Assembly: GCA_038823825.1 (NCBI GenBank)
Contig: JAWBCC010000002.1
Coordinates: 90,001-122,000, forward strand
Direction of reading: 5' to 3'
From: Candidatus Hadarchaeales archaeon
GTDB taxonomy: Archaea; Hadarchaeota; Hadarchaeia; Hadarchaeales; Hadarchaeaceae
Length of the DNA: 32,000 nt
Positions 1-7,298 of the stretch are shown one piece after another. The translations under genes were made by a program, and so were the position numbers. The notes under the pieces are model-generated. The model searched no databases. It was not told where the DNA came from and saw only the letters and a list, made by a program, of their open reading frames with translations. How positions within the stretch are numbered: the first letter of the stretch is position 1; the number at the start of each line of letters is the position of its first letter.

Positions 1-219
1 GATCACGAAGAAATTCAACTTGATGAGGGAATAATTCTTCCATTCTTTATAAAGAAACTTGGAGAGGGAGCCCAGTGGGAGATTTTTCTTGTTCGAGGGA
101 TTTTTACTTCAGAAAACGGAGATTTTTCTAAAAATGGATGGTTTTTAATAGAAGTTGGAGCAAACAGCAACAGACAGTACGCTACGATTATTGCGGAATT
201 GGAAGATACTCTTTTATAG
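1..219 (+). CDS. C-terminal fragment of a hypothetical protein (5' end lies outside the window)
   Basis: Frame +1 is open from base 1 to TAG at 217-219 (…GWFLIEVGANSNRQYATIIAELEDTLL*). Its amino-acid composition is balanced, unlike the hydrophobic antisense ORF 15..257. It is absent from the ORF track because it has no in-window start. No family recognised. Confidence 0.4.
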   Translation, partial: DHEEIQLDEGIILPFFIKKLGEGAQWEIFLVRGIFTSENGDFSKNGWFLIEVGANSNRQYATIIAELEDTLL

Positions 220-243
220 TAATTTGTAGTAAATTGTAGTGAT
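212..243 (+). promoter_or_regulatory. TATA-like TTTTATAG followed by three tandem 10-bp direct repeats (TTATAGTAAT / TTGTAGTAAA / TTGTAGTGAT); putative promoter and operator of the RHH gene
   Basis: Repeats read directly at 214-223, 224-233 and 234-243, one per helical turn; the last contains the ATG at 242. The AT-rich TTTTATAG sits about 25 nt upstream of that ATG, the usual archaeal TATA-to-start spacing for a leaderless mRNA. Confidence 0.45.
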
Positions 244-397
244 GGTAAAATACACAATCGAAGTAGACGACAAGATTTGGAAAGAATTTAAAAAAATTAT
301 TACCAAAGACAAAACAATCAATCAAGCAATAGTAGAGCTAATTGTGGAAAGGGTGAAAAAACACAATAAAGAGGTGTTTTCACATGACGGAGAATAA
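242..397 (+). CDS. Small ribbon-helix-helix (CopG/Arc-like) DNA-binding protein, 51 aa
   Basis: ATG 242, TAA 395-397. Translation: MVKYTIEVDDKIWKEFKKIITKDKTINQAIVELIVERVKKHNKEVFSHDGE. An N-terminal beta-strand (YTIEVD) followed by two amphipathic helices is the RHH pattern. It is below the size cut-off of the supplied ORF track. Its 3' end overlaps the methyltransferase ATG (384) by 14 nt. Confidence 0.6.
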   Translation: MVKYTIEVDDKIWKEFKKIITKDKTINQAIVELIVERVKKHNKEVFSHDGE

Positions 398-1295
398 AAT
401 CATTTTTGGCGACAGCAGATGCATGAAAGAGTTAGCGAATTGTTCAATTCATTTAGTGGTTACTTCGCCCCCTTATTTTAACGCACCTTTTGATTATCCT
501 GGCCTGTTCAGAGATTATAATGAGTTTTTAGACATGATACAAGGTGTTGCGAAAGAGCTCAAAAGAGTCATGGCTCCTGGTAGAATAGCTTGCTTCGTTA
601 CACAGGATGTTAGGATAGATGGAAAACTGTATCCGGTGCCAGCTGACATAACTCGAATAATGTGTGAAGAAGGATTCTTATATCGGGACAGAATTATTTG
701 GAAGAAACCAGAAGGATACATTCGTATAAGTCGAAGAAGCGGGGTCCTGATTCAACATCCTTACCCGATGTATTTTTATCCCGACAATATTTATGAGGAA
801 ATAATAATCCTTCAAAATGGAGAGTACGATTATTCAAAAGTGGAAAAAGAGAAATTGGTCGACTCTCGTATAAATCTTCAGGAATTTCAGAATGAAAAAT
901 GGTATCTTTCTGTCTGGGAAATAACCAATGTTCTTCCCTTGAAAAATAGGTTAGAAGAAGGAATAGCTGCATTCCCAGAGGAAATTCCGTATCGTCTCAT
1001 AAAGCTTTTTAGTTTTAAGGGAGAAAAGGTTTTGGATCCGTTTTTGGGATCTGGAACCACGATGAAAGTGGCACTAGAATTGGGCAGAAAGGCTGTGGGT
1101 TATGAAATAGATTTGGAACTTCTCGATGTTATTAAGAAAAAACTACGGATAGGACAGAAAAGATTGGTTGACAGCGAGCCGGTTGAAATAATCATAAGAG
1201 AAGATGCAAAACATTTGAGGAAAAAATTACAGAACAAAGTTAAAAACCAGCGATCCGTAGCCGATGCTTTAGAGGCAAATTCTAAAGCTTATTAA
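384..1295 (+). CDS. Beta-class amino DNA methyltransferase (N4-cytosine or N6-adenine; SPPY type)
   Basis: Motif IV (VVTSPPYF) is near the N-terminus. Motif I and its context (AAFPEEIPYRLIKLFSFKGEKVLDPFLGSGTT) is near the C-terminus. The order IV…I is the beta-class permutation of the N-4/N-6 methylase family. Confidence 0.9.
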   Translation: MTENKIIFGDSRCMKELANCSIHLVVTSPPYFNAPFDYPGLFRDYNEFLDMIQGVAKELKRVMAPGRIACFVTQDVRIDGKLYPVPADITRIMCEEGFLYRDRIIWKKPEGYIRISRRSGVLIQHPYPMYFYPDNIYEEIIILQNGEYDYSKVEKEKLVDSRINLQEFQNEKWYLSVWEITNVLPLKNRLEEGIAAFPEEIPYRLIKLFSFKGEKVLDPFLGSGTTMKVALELGRKAVGYEIDLELLDVIKKKLRIGQKRLVDSEPVEIIIREDAKHLRKKLQNKVKNQRSVADALEANSKAY

Positions 1296-2310
1296 GGTAG
1301 GGTTTAGTGGTTTCAATAGCGCCGAGTACATCCTCTGCCCAAACGCTAATCATCTGGTGCTTGGTCGTGTGATCACAGAAGCACAGTTTACCTCTAGCTT
1401 TTCCTTCGATTGTTTCTTTAAGAATTCCCTTAATCCTGATTGGAGTTTCTGAGCATAACTTGAACATCAATTGTTTTTCTTTTCCTTCAATTCTTGCAAT
1501 TCCTATTTTCATACCAGCTTTTATAGAGGGGTGATACTCGATTCTTAGTCGAAGTTTTTCAACGATATTTGGTGCTAGTCCGTTTTCTATAGCTTTATTT
1601 CTAAGATATATGGCGGAAAGATCAAAGCAACCAAGACATAAACTATATCCCACAACAGGAATACCCAAGCTTTTCCCCTTTATTGGTGAGGCATAATACG
1701 TTCTTTCTTTACCTCCTTGTTGATTTTCAGAAACTGGATAAAACTGTCTCTTCTCTTGGCAAATGCTCGTCAGTGCTTCAACGATTTTATTTAGTTCTTC
1801 GATGTTTATGTAAAACATGGCCCAGTTTCTCCATTTGGCAGGATCCATCACACGAATCGAGGTCCTCTCGAGATGATATCTCTGGATATCAAAGTAGAAA
1901 AAAATTCTTTTTTCCTCGTCAGCTCCAATCCTAACATAAACTTCTTCTTTCGGTAAACAGTACGCTTTTGCTCCTTTTTTGTCTTTATGAATTGCAGGTT
2001 TCCAACCCAACTCTTCGGGAGTTTTTCCATACCATTCGGGAGGAATCAGACGTTCGCTTGTTATTGGTTCAGGAGTTTTTAACCATCCCCTAAAATTTGA
2101 ATAAATTAATGGTATTGGCGTTTTTATCTTTCCTGATTTATCTGCGGGAACGTTAAACCCATGGGTGATTAGTTCTTCTTGTAATTCGAGAGAGCAAGGA
2201 AAGTAGATTTGTAAAGAATCTATCGGTAATTCCAAAATCCATTCAATCTTATTTGGGTCTTTCACAATTTTGGTTATTTTGTGAAGAATATAAATCTGTG
2301 AGCAAACCAT
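1282..2310 (-). CDS. Hypothetical 342-aa protein; candidate cognate restriction endonuclease (function unproven)
   Basis: Long ORF with ATG at 2310, convergent with the methyltransferase; the 3' ends overlap by 14 nt (1282-1295). No family motif recognised. A possible D…ExK arrangement (HKD…ADEEK) is too degenerate to rely on. The function is assigned only from its position next to an MTase. Confidence 0.6.
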   Translation of the reverse strand: MVCSQIYILHKITKIVKDPNKIEWILELPIDSLQIYFPCSLELQEELITHGFNVPADKSGKIKTPIPLIYSNFRGWLKTPEPITSERLIPPEWYGKTPEELGWKPAIHKDKKGAKAYCLPKEEVYVRIGADEEKRIFFYFDIQRYHLERTSIRVMDPAKWRNWAMFYINIEELNKIVEALTSICQEKRQFYPVSENQQGGKERTYYASPIKGKSLGIPVVGYSLCLGCFDLSAIYLRNKAIENGLAPNIVEKLRLRIEYHPSIKAGMKIGIARIEGKEKQLMFKLCSETPIRIKGILKETIEGKARGKLCFCDHTTKHQMISVWAEDVLGAIETTKPYLNKL

Positions 2311-2335
2311 CCACCAAGAGATGTATTACGATATT

Positions 2336-2411
2336 TGGAGCCGGGGGCCGGACTTGAACCGGCGAAAAGCGGATCTGCAGTCCGCCGCGTTAGCCTCTCC
2401 GCCACCCCGGC
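2336..2411 (-). tRNA. tRNA-Cys (anticodon GCA), with genomically encoded CCA
   Basis: The reverse complement folds as a cloverleaf. Acceptor GCCGGGG/CCCCGGC; D arm with GG; anticodon stem GCGGA/TCCGC with loop CTGCAGA (GCA); variable TTTTC; T arm GCCGG-TTCAAGT-CCGGC; discriminator U73 (a Cys identity element); then CCA. Confidence 0.93.
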
Positions 2412-2421
2412 AACCAATCTT

Positions 2422-4014
2422 TCAGTACCTTCCGGCTCTTATTTCTTTTACGTCCTGCTCAAACTTTCTGTAAGCTTCGGTCTGTTTGAGCTTTTCGATA
2501 TCCCGCCTGTATAAACCATCTGAGAGTTTTTGTCCAGTCCTCTTTTCCCACTCCTCGATTGAAATCCCCTGGCTTTCCATGTCTTTATCCCTGTACCACT
2601 CTGGAATCACGTTAAAGGCACAGAATGGCACAATTCTGTCGTCAGTCATGACGTAGTGGATGCAGCATCTCTTAACCCTCTCGATGTCATAATTGTAGAG
2701 ATCCATGAAGTGCATCATCCCAATGAAAAGCGATTTCATATGGAACTTCCCAAGCGCATCGTAATTATGTCTGACGAAAATCTGGTAGAGGATTTTGTTT
2801 ATGTCGAGATCTTTTGGTTTATTCTTTTTGTCGATGAATTTCCCGATTGAGAAAAGAAGTTGTAACTTGACTAAAGTCTTGCTCTTTCCGCTTTTCAGTT
2901 CTTCAGTTTTCTGCTTGAGATATTCAAGGAAGCCCTCCACATCTATAAACCTAGTTATGGGAACCATCTTTCCGTTATCTCTGAAGATATAGGTGGCGGC
3001 TCCGCAGGCGAAGTGTGAGCTCAACTCATACATCGGTCTGCCGGTCAGGGCTTCAACAAACCGGCTTATGATGAGAGCGGTCGGAACAGGGAAAAAATCT
3101 TCCATCGTTATCTGCCCATCCGTCTGCTCTTCAAGTCTTTCGATAACATCCGGAATCGTTATTCTGTATTTGTCTCTTTCATCCCTCGGCATTCTACCCA
3201 CAAGCGAAACCGGTTGGAAGTTCACGCTCCTTATAATGTCGATGTTCTTGAAAGCATACTTTACGATATCTCCGACCTCATGATCGTTTACACCCCTGAT
3301 GACGGTGGGAACCAGAACGATCCCAAGTCCCACTCTTCGAGCGTTCTCGAGAGCGAGCGGAAATTCCCAGTGGTTTTTTGGATTCGTCCGCTCGCTTACT
3401 CCGTCAAAGCTCAAGTAGAGTGTATTAACACCGGCTTCCCGAACAGCCTTAACAAGCTCAGGATTGAAGGCTAACCTGATTCCGTTCGTGTTCAGCTGGA
3501 CGTGGTCAAAACCATAGGATTTTGCCAGCTTTATGATGTCGACGAGATCGTTGCGTAAACAGGGCTCTCCTCCAGTCAGCTGAACAGCGTTGCACGCAAT
3601 CGGTTTCTCGCTTTTTAGAATCTTGAACATTTCCTCGATTTGAGAGATCGTCGGCTCGTAGACATAACCAAGACGCTGCGCATAGAAGAAACAATACCAG
3701 CAGGAAAGATCACATCTGTTCGTTAGCACAACATTGGCTAAGGTTGTATGGCTCATGTGGAGTCTGCAGAGACCGCAGTCCTCCGGGCAAACAGGCGCTT
3801 CTTTCGTTATCTGCGGGTTCTCAACTCCACGTCCGTCGATCGCATAGCGCTCAGCTCTCTTATACCACCCATAAGAGCCGAGATAAAGATCCTCGAATTC
3901 ACCATGCTCCTGGCAGGACTTCTTTATCCAGACTTTTCCGTCGGATTCATAGATCGTTGCGGGTATTCTCTTGAGGCATTCCGGACAGACAGATGTTGTT
4001 TTCTTTATTTCCAT
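2422..4014 (-). CDS. tes: Radical SAM protein, probably tetraether lipid synthase family (Tes / GDGT-MAS-like)
   Basis: Radical SAM motif CDLSCWYC with TGGEP downstream. N-terminal CPEC…CQEH metal ribbon. Extra Cys motifs (CPEDCGLC; C-terminal CCIHY…PFCAFN). About 530 aa. ATG at 4014 (MEIKKTTSVCPEC) is preferred over the TTG at 4029 used by the ORF track. The radical SAM call is firm; the Tes assignment comes from remembered architecture only. Confidence 0.6.
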   Translation of the reverse strand: MEIKKTTSVCPECLKRIPATIYESDGKVWIKKSCQEHGEFEDLYLGSYGWYKRAERYAIDGRGVENPQITKEAPVCPEDCGLCRLHMSHTTLANVVLTNRCDLSCWYCFFYAQRLGYVYEPTISQIEEMFKILKSEKPIACNAVQLTGGEPCLRNDLVDIIKLAKSYGFDHVQLNTNGIRLAFNPELVKAVREAGVNTLYLSFDGVSERTNPKNHWEFPLALENARRVGLGIVLVPTVIRGVNDHEVGDIVKYAFKNIDIIRSVNFQPVSLVGRMPRDERDKYRITIPDVIERLEEQTDGQITMEDFFPVPTALIISRFVEALTGRPMYELSSHFACGAATYIFRDNGKMVPITRFIDVEGFLEYLKQKTEELKSGKSKTLVKLQLLFSIGKFIDKKNKPKDLDINKILYQIFVRHNYDALGKFHMKSLFIGMMHFMDLYNYDIERVKRCCIHYVMTDDRIVPFCAFNVIPEWYRDKDMESQGISIEEWEKRTGQKLSDGLYRRDIEKLKQTEAYRKFEQDVKEIRAGRY

Positions 4015-4041
4015 CTTCGTCCAAATCAAAGGCGTGAACGA

Positions 4042-4060
4042 GCTTTTTTAAGATATAACA
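4042..4060. promoter_or_regulatory. Shared AT-rich TATA-like element (GCTTTTTTAAGATATAAC) between the divergent tes-like and trmB-like genes
   Basis: It is the only AT-rich block in the 59-bp divergent intergenic region. It lies about 22-30 nt from the ATG at 4074 and about 35-45 nt from the ATG at 4014. Confidence 0.35.
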
Positions 4061-4073
4061 AACCAATCAGAGT

Positions 4074-4856
4074 ATGAAAAGTATGAAAGATGTGGTGGAA
4101 GTGCTTAGGGATCTTGGTGTGACGGAATATGAGGCAAAGGTTTACGCGGCTCTTCTATCACTGGGTCCGGCAACGGCGGCCGAAGCGAGCTCCGCCTCAG
4201 GCGTTCCTTACTCCAAAATTTACGTAGTGCTCTCCAAGCTGGAAAACCGCGGATGGGTGGAAGCGCAGGGAGGACGGCCGGTGAGATATCTTGCAAGACC
4301 GCCGGCCGAAGCCTTGGAGATCCTTCTTTCGGAGGAGAGCAAAAGATTGAGAAAGCTGGCGGAGGAGGCAAGAGGTTCGCTGGAGTCCCTTTACAAACGT
4401 GGAGCGGAAATGAGGAAACCCGACGTATGGGTTATTAGGGGCTTGTCCTCTGTTGTCGGTAAAGCTGTTGAGATAATAGGGCATGCAGAAGCCGAAGTCC
4501 TAGTTTCGCTTCCATATCTACCTGAAGGTGGAAAGGAATTTCTATCAATTCTCTCTTTATTGGGAGCGAAAGGAGTTCACGTCAGAATTCTGTCGACCGG
4601 AGGGGCACGATTGAAGATGCCCGGAGTTGAGATCAGAAAGAGGGAAAGGCTTTTCGGTGGGGGGGTGATTGTCGACGGCAGAGAAGTTTTACTGATTCTT
4701 GGACAGCAAAACGATGTCATAGGGATATGGTCGAACGAGCCCGGCCTAGCGCGTTTTGCCGAAGAATACTTTAATTATCTCTGGAAGGGAGCAAAGGTGT
4801 TATGCGGGAAGTCACAAAGACGGCGAGGGAGATTTTCCGAGAAAAAGAAGATTTAG
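4074..4856 (+). CDS. TrmB-family transcriptional regulator
   Basis: N-terminal winged-HTH typical of TrmB (LGVTEYEAKVYAALLSLGPATAAEASSASGVPYSKIYVVLSKLENRGWVE), followed by a roughly 150-aa C-terminal domain. Confidence 0.8.
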   Translation: MKSMKDVVEVLRDLGVTEYEAKVYAALLSLGPATAAEASSASGVPYSKIYVVLSKLENRGWVEAQGGRPVRYLARPPAEALEILLSEESKRLRKLAEEARGSLESLYKRGAEMRKPDVWVIRGLSSVVGKAVEIIGHAEAEVLVSLPYLPEGGKEFLSILSLLGAKGVHVRILSTGGARLKMPGVEIRKRERLFGGGVIVDGREVLLILGQQNDVIGIWSNEPGLARFAEEYFNYLWKGAKVLCGKSQRRRGRFSEKKKI

Positions 4857-5920
4857 CTAAACACGTGATCTCCCTGATTAAAAGACATGCCAGAGAAATC
4901 GGGGAAACGATAAAGATAATGAACTTCTGCGGAACGCATGAGTGGACGACCGTTCACTATGGAATTCGCTCGATTCTTCCTCCGAATGTTGAGATGGTTG
5001 CTGGACCCGGTTGTCCCGTTTGCATAACGCCAGCCGGCGATGTGGACCTAGCCGTCGAAGCAGCAATGGAAGGTATTATTTTGTATACGTATGGCGATGC
5101 CTTCAGGCTGAGAGGGAGTAAAAACCCGTTCAGTCTCCAGGAGGCGAAAGCAGCCGGAGCAGACGTTAGGGTAGTTTACAGTTTTCTTGATGCTGTGAGG
5201 GACGCGGAAGTGCATGGAAGAGAGAGTCTTTTCTTCGGTATAGGTTTCGAGACAACTGCTCCTAGCTATGCAATCCTTTTCGAGAGCGGAAAAGTTCCGA
5301 GAAATCTGAAGTTTCTCTCCGCCTGTCGCCTGACCCCGCCCTCCATGAAGTATGTTGTGGATTTTCATGAGAAGAAAGGATTGTTTCCGATCAAAGGGGT
5401 GATTGCCCCCGGCCATGTCTCAACGGTGATAGGTGCGTCCGAGTGGGGATTTCTGCCAAAAGAATACGGGATCCCTGTTGTTGTTGCAGGCTTCGAGCCG
5501 GTGGATGTTCTTCTTGCCGTTGAGCGAATTCTTCGGATGATAAGCGAGGAAAAGCCAGGGATCGAGGTTGAATATCGGAGACTTGTAACTTGGGAGGGAA
5601 ATGTCAGAGCGAAGAGAGCAATAGAAAAAGTTTTCAAAGTATCTGGTGCTCGCTGGAGGGGACTTGGAGAGATCCCTAAAAGTGGCTTGGTCTTGCGAGA
5701 GGAATTCAGCGAGTATGAAATGGCTGGCAAGGGCGGTGAACTCGTCGAGAAGATGCCTCCGGGCTGCAGATGTGCAGATGTGATTGTAGGCGCGGCGAAG
5801 CCATCGGATTGTCCGCTCTTCATATCCAAGTGCTCTCCAACCAACCCGATTGGCCCTTGTATGGTCTCTAGTGAAGGAACTTGTTCGATATGGGCGAGAG
5901 AAGGGGAAAGGAGGAAATGA
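4802..5920 (+). CDS. hypD: [NiFe]-hydrogenase maturation protein HypD
   Basis: IMNFCGTHEWT and GPGCPVC motifs; C-terminal Cys-rich region (PGCRCADV…CPLF…CSP…GPCMVSSEGTC). ATG at 4802 is preceded by GGAGCAAAGGTG. It overlaps the trmB-like 3' end by 55 nt. Confidence 0.93.
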   Translation: MREVTKTAREIFREKEDLAKHVISLIKRHAREIGETIKIMNFCGTHEWTTVHYGIRSILPPNVEMVAGPGCPVCITPAGDVDLAVEAAMEGIILYTYGDAFRLRGSKNPFSLQEAKAAGADVRVVYSFLDAVRDAEVHGRESLFFGIGFETTAPSYAILFESGKVPRNLKFLSACRLTPPSMKYVVDFHEKKGLFPIKGVIAPGHVSTVIGASEWGFLPKEYGIPVVVAGFEPVDVLLAVERILRMISEEKPGIEVEYRRLVTWEGNVRAKRAIEKVFKVSGARWRGLGEIPKSGLVLREEFSEYEMAGKGGELVEKMPPGCRCADVIVGAAKPSDCPLFISKCSPTNPIGPCMVSSEGTCSIWAREGERRK

Positions 5921-5921
5921 A

Positions 5922-6212
5922 ATGTGCTGGGGTGTTCCCGCTAAGGTTGTGAAGGTCGAGGGTCTTTATGCCCATGTTGATTTTGGAGGTGTAAAGAAAC
6001 AGGTGCTGGTTGGTGTTGAGGACATTAGGGAAGGAGAGATAGCAGTTGTGCATGCCGGTCTGATAATTGGCAAGATCGATGAGAAATCTCTCGCCGAGAA
6101 TTTAGAATTTTACAGGGAAGTGATTGCGGCAAACTTTATGGCAGAAGGTCTGTCCAGCGAGGAAGCAAGAAAGAGAGCAGAGGAAGAAATAAAGAAAATT
6201 CTCCAGAAATAG
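5922..6212 (+). CDS. hypC: Hydrogenase maturation chaperone HypC
   Basis: It starts MCWGVPAKVVKV…; the essential Cys2 follows the initiator Met, as in all HypC/HupF proteins. GGAGGA lies 6-11 nt upstream. The ATG at 5922 is 1 nt after the hypD stop. The track start at 5850 is an upstream extension inside hypD. Confidence 0.9.
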   Translation: MCWGVPAKVVKVEGLYAHVDFGGVKKQVLVGVEDIREGEIAVVHAGLIIGKIDEKSLAENLEFYREVIAANFMAEGLSSEEARKRAEEEIKKILQK

Positions 6213-6246
6213 AAGCTTATTTAAATAATGAATTAAATTTTGTCAG

Positions 6247-6489
6247 ATGAAGCCAAGGGTGAAAATTTATACAACTCCGACATGTCCATACTGCCAAATG
6301 GCAAAAAATTATCTGAAAAAACTGGGCGTTGAGTTTGAAGAGGTCAATGTCGCCGAAGACAGAGAGGCAGCAATCGAGATGATAGAGAAATCCGGGCAGA
6401 TGGGAGTCCCTGTTATCGACATAGATGGGCAGATAATAGTTGGCTTTGACAGAGAGGCAATAAACAGGGCACTCGGAATCAAAACCTGA
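6247..6489 (+). CDS. Small glutaredoxin-like protein (CPYC active site, YruB/NrdH-like)
   Basis: 80 aa. KIYTTPTCPYCQMAK…GVPVIDIDGQIIVGFD is a thioredoxin fold with the CPYC motif. A TATA-like ATTTAAATAA lies about 20-25 nt upstream. Confidence 0.88.
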   Translation: MKPRVKIYTTPTCPYCQMAKNYLKKLGVEFEEVNVAEDREAAIEMIEKSGQMGVPVIDIDGQIIVGFDREAINRALGIKT

Positions 6490-7243
6490 AGATTGAGGAG
6501 TAAAGATCTTTATTCTTTTCGACGATTGGGGATAACTTCGGTTTTTCGGCGAATTTCACTTTTAATCCCCTGATTATCACCACGGGTTTTCTTCCCGAAG
6601 TTTCCCCCATGATGAGCTCGGCGGCGGAGGCAAGAAGGTCGGCTAGAGAAATTAAGGTGATTCGCATGGGCCTGCCGAAGAGGTCAGGAGAGCCTCTGCA
6701 GTCGATAACCGGTTCAAAACCCGCATAACCGATTGCCTGTCCGATCGTTCCTAGCCTTAAGGGTCTAACAGTGCTGTCCGAGATCACGACCCCAACCCTC
6801 TTACCAGAGCGTTCTTTTATTTTTTTCATGATTTCGTTTGCAGCTTTGTTCGGATTGGAGGGGAGAAGGACGGCAAAGCCCGGCGGAGCGTTAGAGAGGT
6901 CGATCCCGGCGTTTGCACAGAGAAGACCACCCTTGAGGGTGAGGACTGCGCCCCCTCCTATTCCGAGGATTTCGTCTGCTTCTCTGATCACCATCTCGGC
7001 CAGTGGAGCAGAAATTTTAGCTCGTTTTGCAAGACTCTTTGCGCGAGGAGAAGGTCGAACATCTCTGAGTCTGATTATCCTCCCTTCTGCCACCGCAACG
7101 ACCTTAGAACTCACGACGAGTATGTCTTCATTTCTGATGCCTCCAGATTTTTTAGAAGCTTTAAGAATCTCCTCAACGAGATCGTCACCTGGTTTTATTA
7201 CCGGAAGCCGCAGTCCTATGATCTCTATAACGTCGCCCGCCAT
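6479..7243 (-). CDS. cofE: Coenzyme F420-0:L-glutamate ligase CofE
   Basis: Family pattern KPGDDL…VVSSKVVAVAEGR…CANAGIDLSN…LLPSNP…VVISDSTVRPLRLG…LMGE…PVVIIRG. The ATG at 7243 (MAGDVIEIIG…) is preferred. The track start at 7312 would overlap the divergent porG start. Confidence 0.85.
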   Translation of the reverse strand: MAGDVIEIIGLRLPVIKPGDDLVEEILKASKKSGGIRNEDILVVSSKVVAVAEGRIIRLRDVRPSPRAKSLAKRAKISAPLAEMVIREADEILGIGGGAVLTLKGGLLCANAGIDLSNAPPGFAVLLPSNPNKAANEIMKKIKERSGKRVGVVISDSTVRPLRLGTIGQAIGYAGFEPVIDCRGSPDLFGRPMRITLISLADLLASAAELIMGETSGRKPVVIIRGLKVKFAEKPKLSPIVEKNKDLYSSIFRF

Positions 7244-7262
7244 CAGATTCTGAACGTTTTCG

Positions 7263-7277
7263 AAAGTTATAATAACC
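7263..7277. promoter_or_regulatory. Single near-symmetric TATA element (AAAGTTATAATAACC), equidistant from the divergent cofE and porG start codons
   Basis: The TTATAATAA core at 7267-7275 is centred at 7271. That is 28 nt from the cofE ATG (7243) and 28 nt from the porG ATG (7299). No Shine-Dalgarno motif precedes either gene, which suggests leaderless mRNAs. Confidence 0.45.
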
Positions 7278-7298
7278 TTCCTGATTGAGAAAAACTGA

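Noticed and set aside
15-257. 80-aa minus-strand ORF at the window start
   Set aside because: It is hydrophobic, low-complexity and Ser/Pro-rich. It lies antisense to a better-looking plus-strand frame (1-219) and overlaps the RHH start and repeats. It is probably a shadow ORF.
1-2411. Calling the tRNA-flanking block a defined integrated mobile element
   Set aside because: No integrase, transposase or repeat of the tRNA 3' half is visible in the window, and the left border is cut off. It is reported only as a compositionally distinct island.
5850-5921. Upstream extension of hypC (track start 5850)
   Set aside because: HypC function requires Cys directly after the initiator Met. The ATG at 5922 gives MCWGVP… and has a GGAGGA SD. 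The extension lies within the hypD coding sequence.
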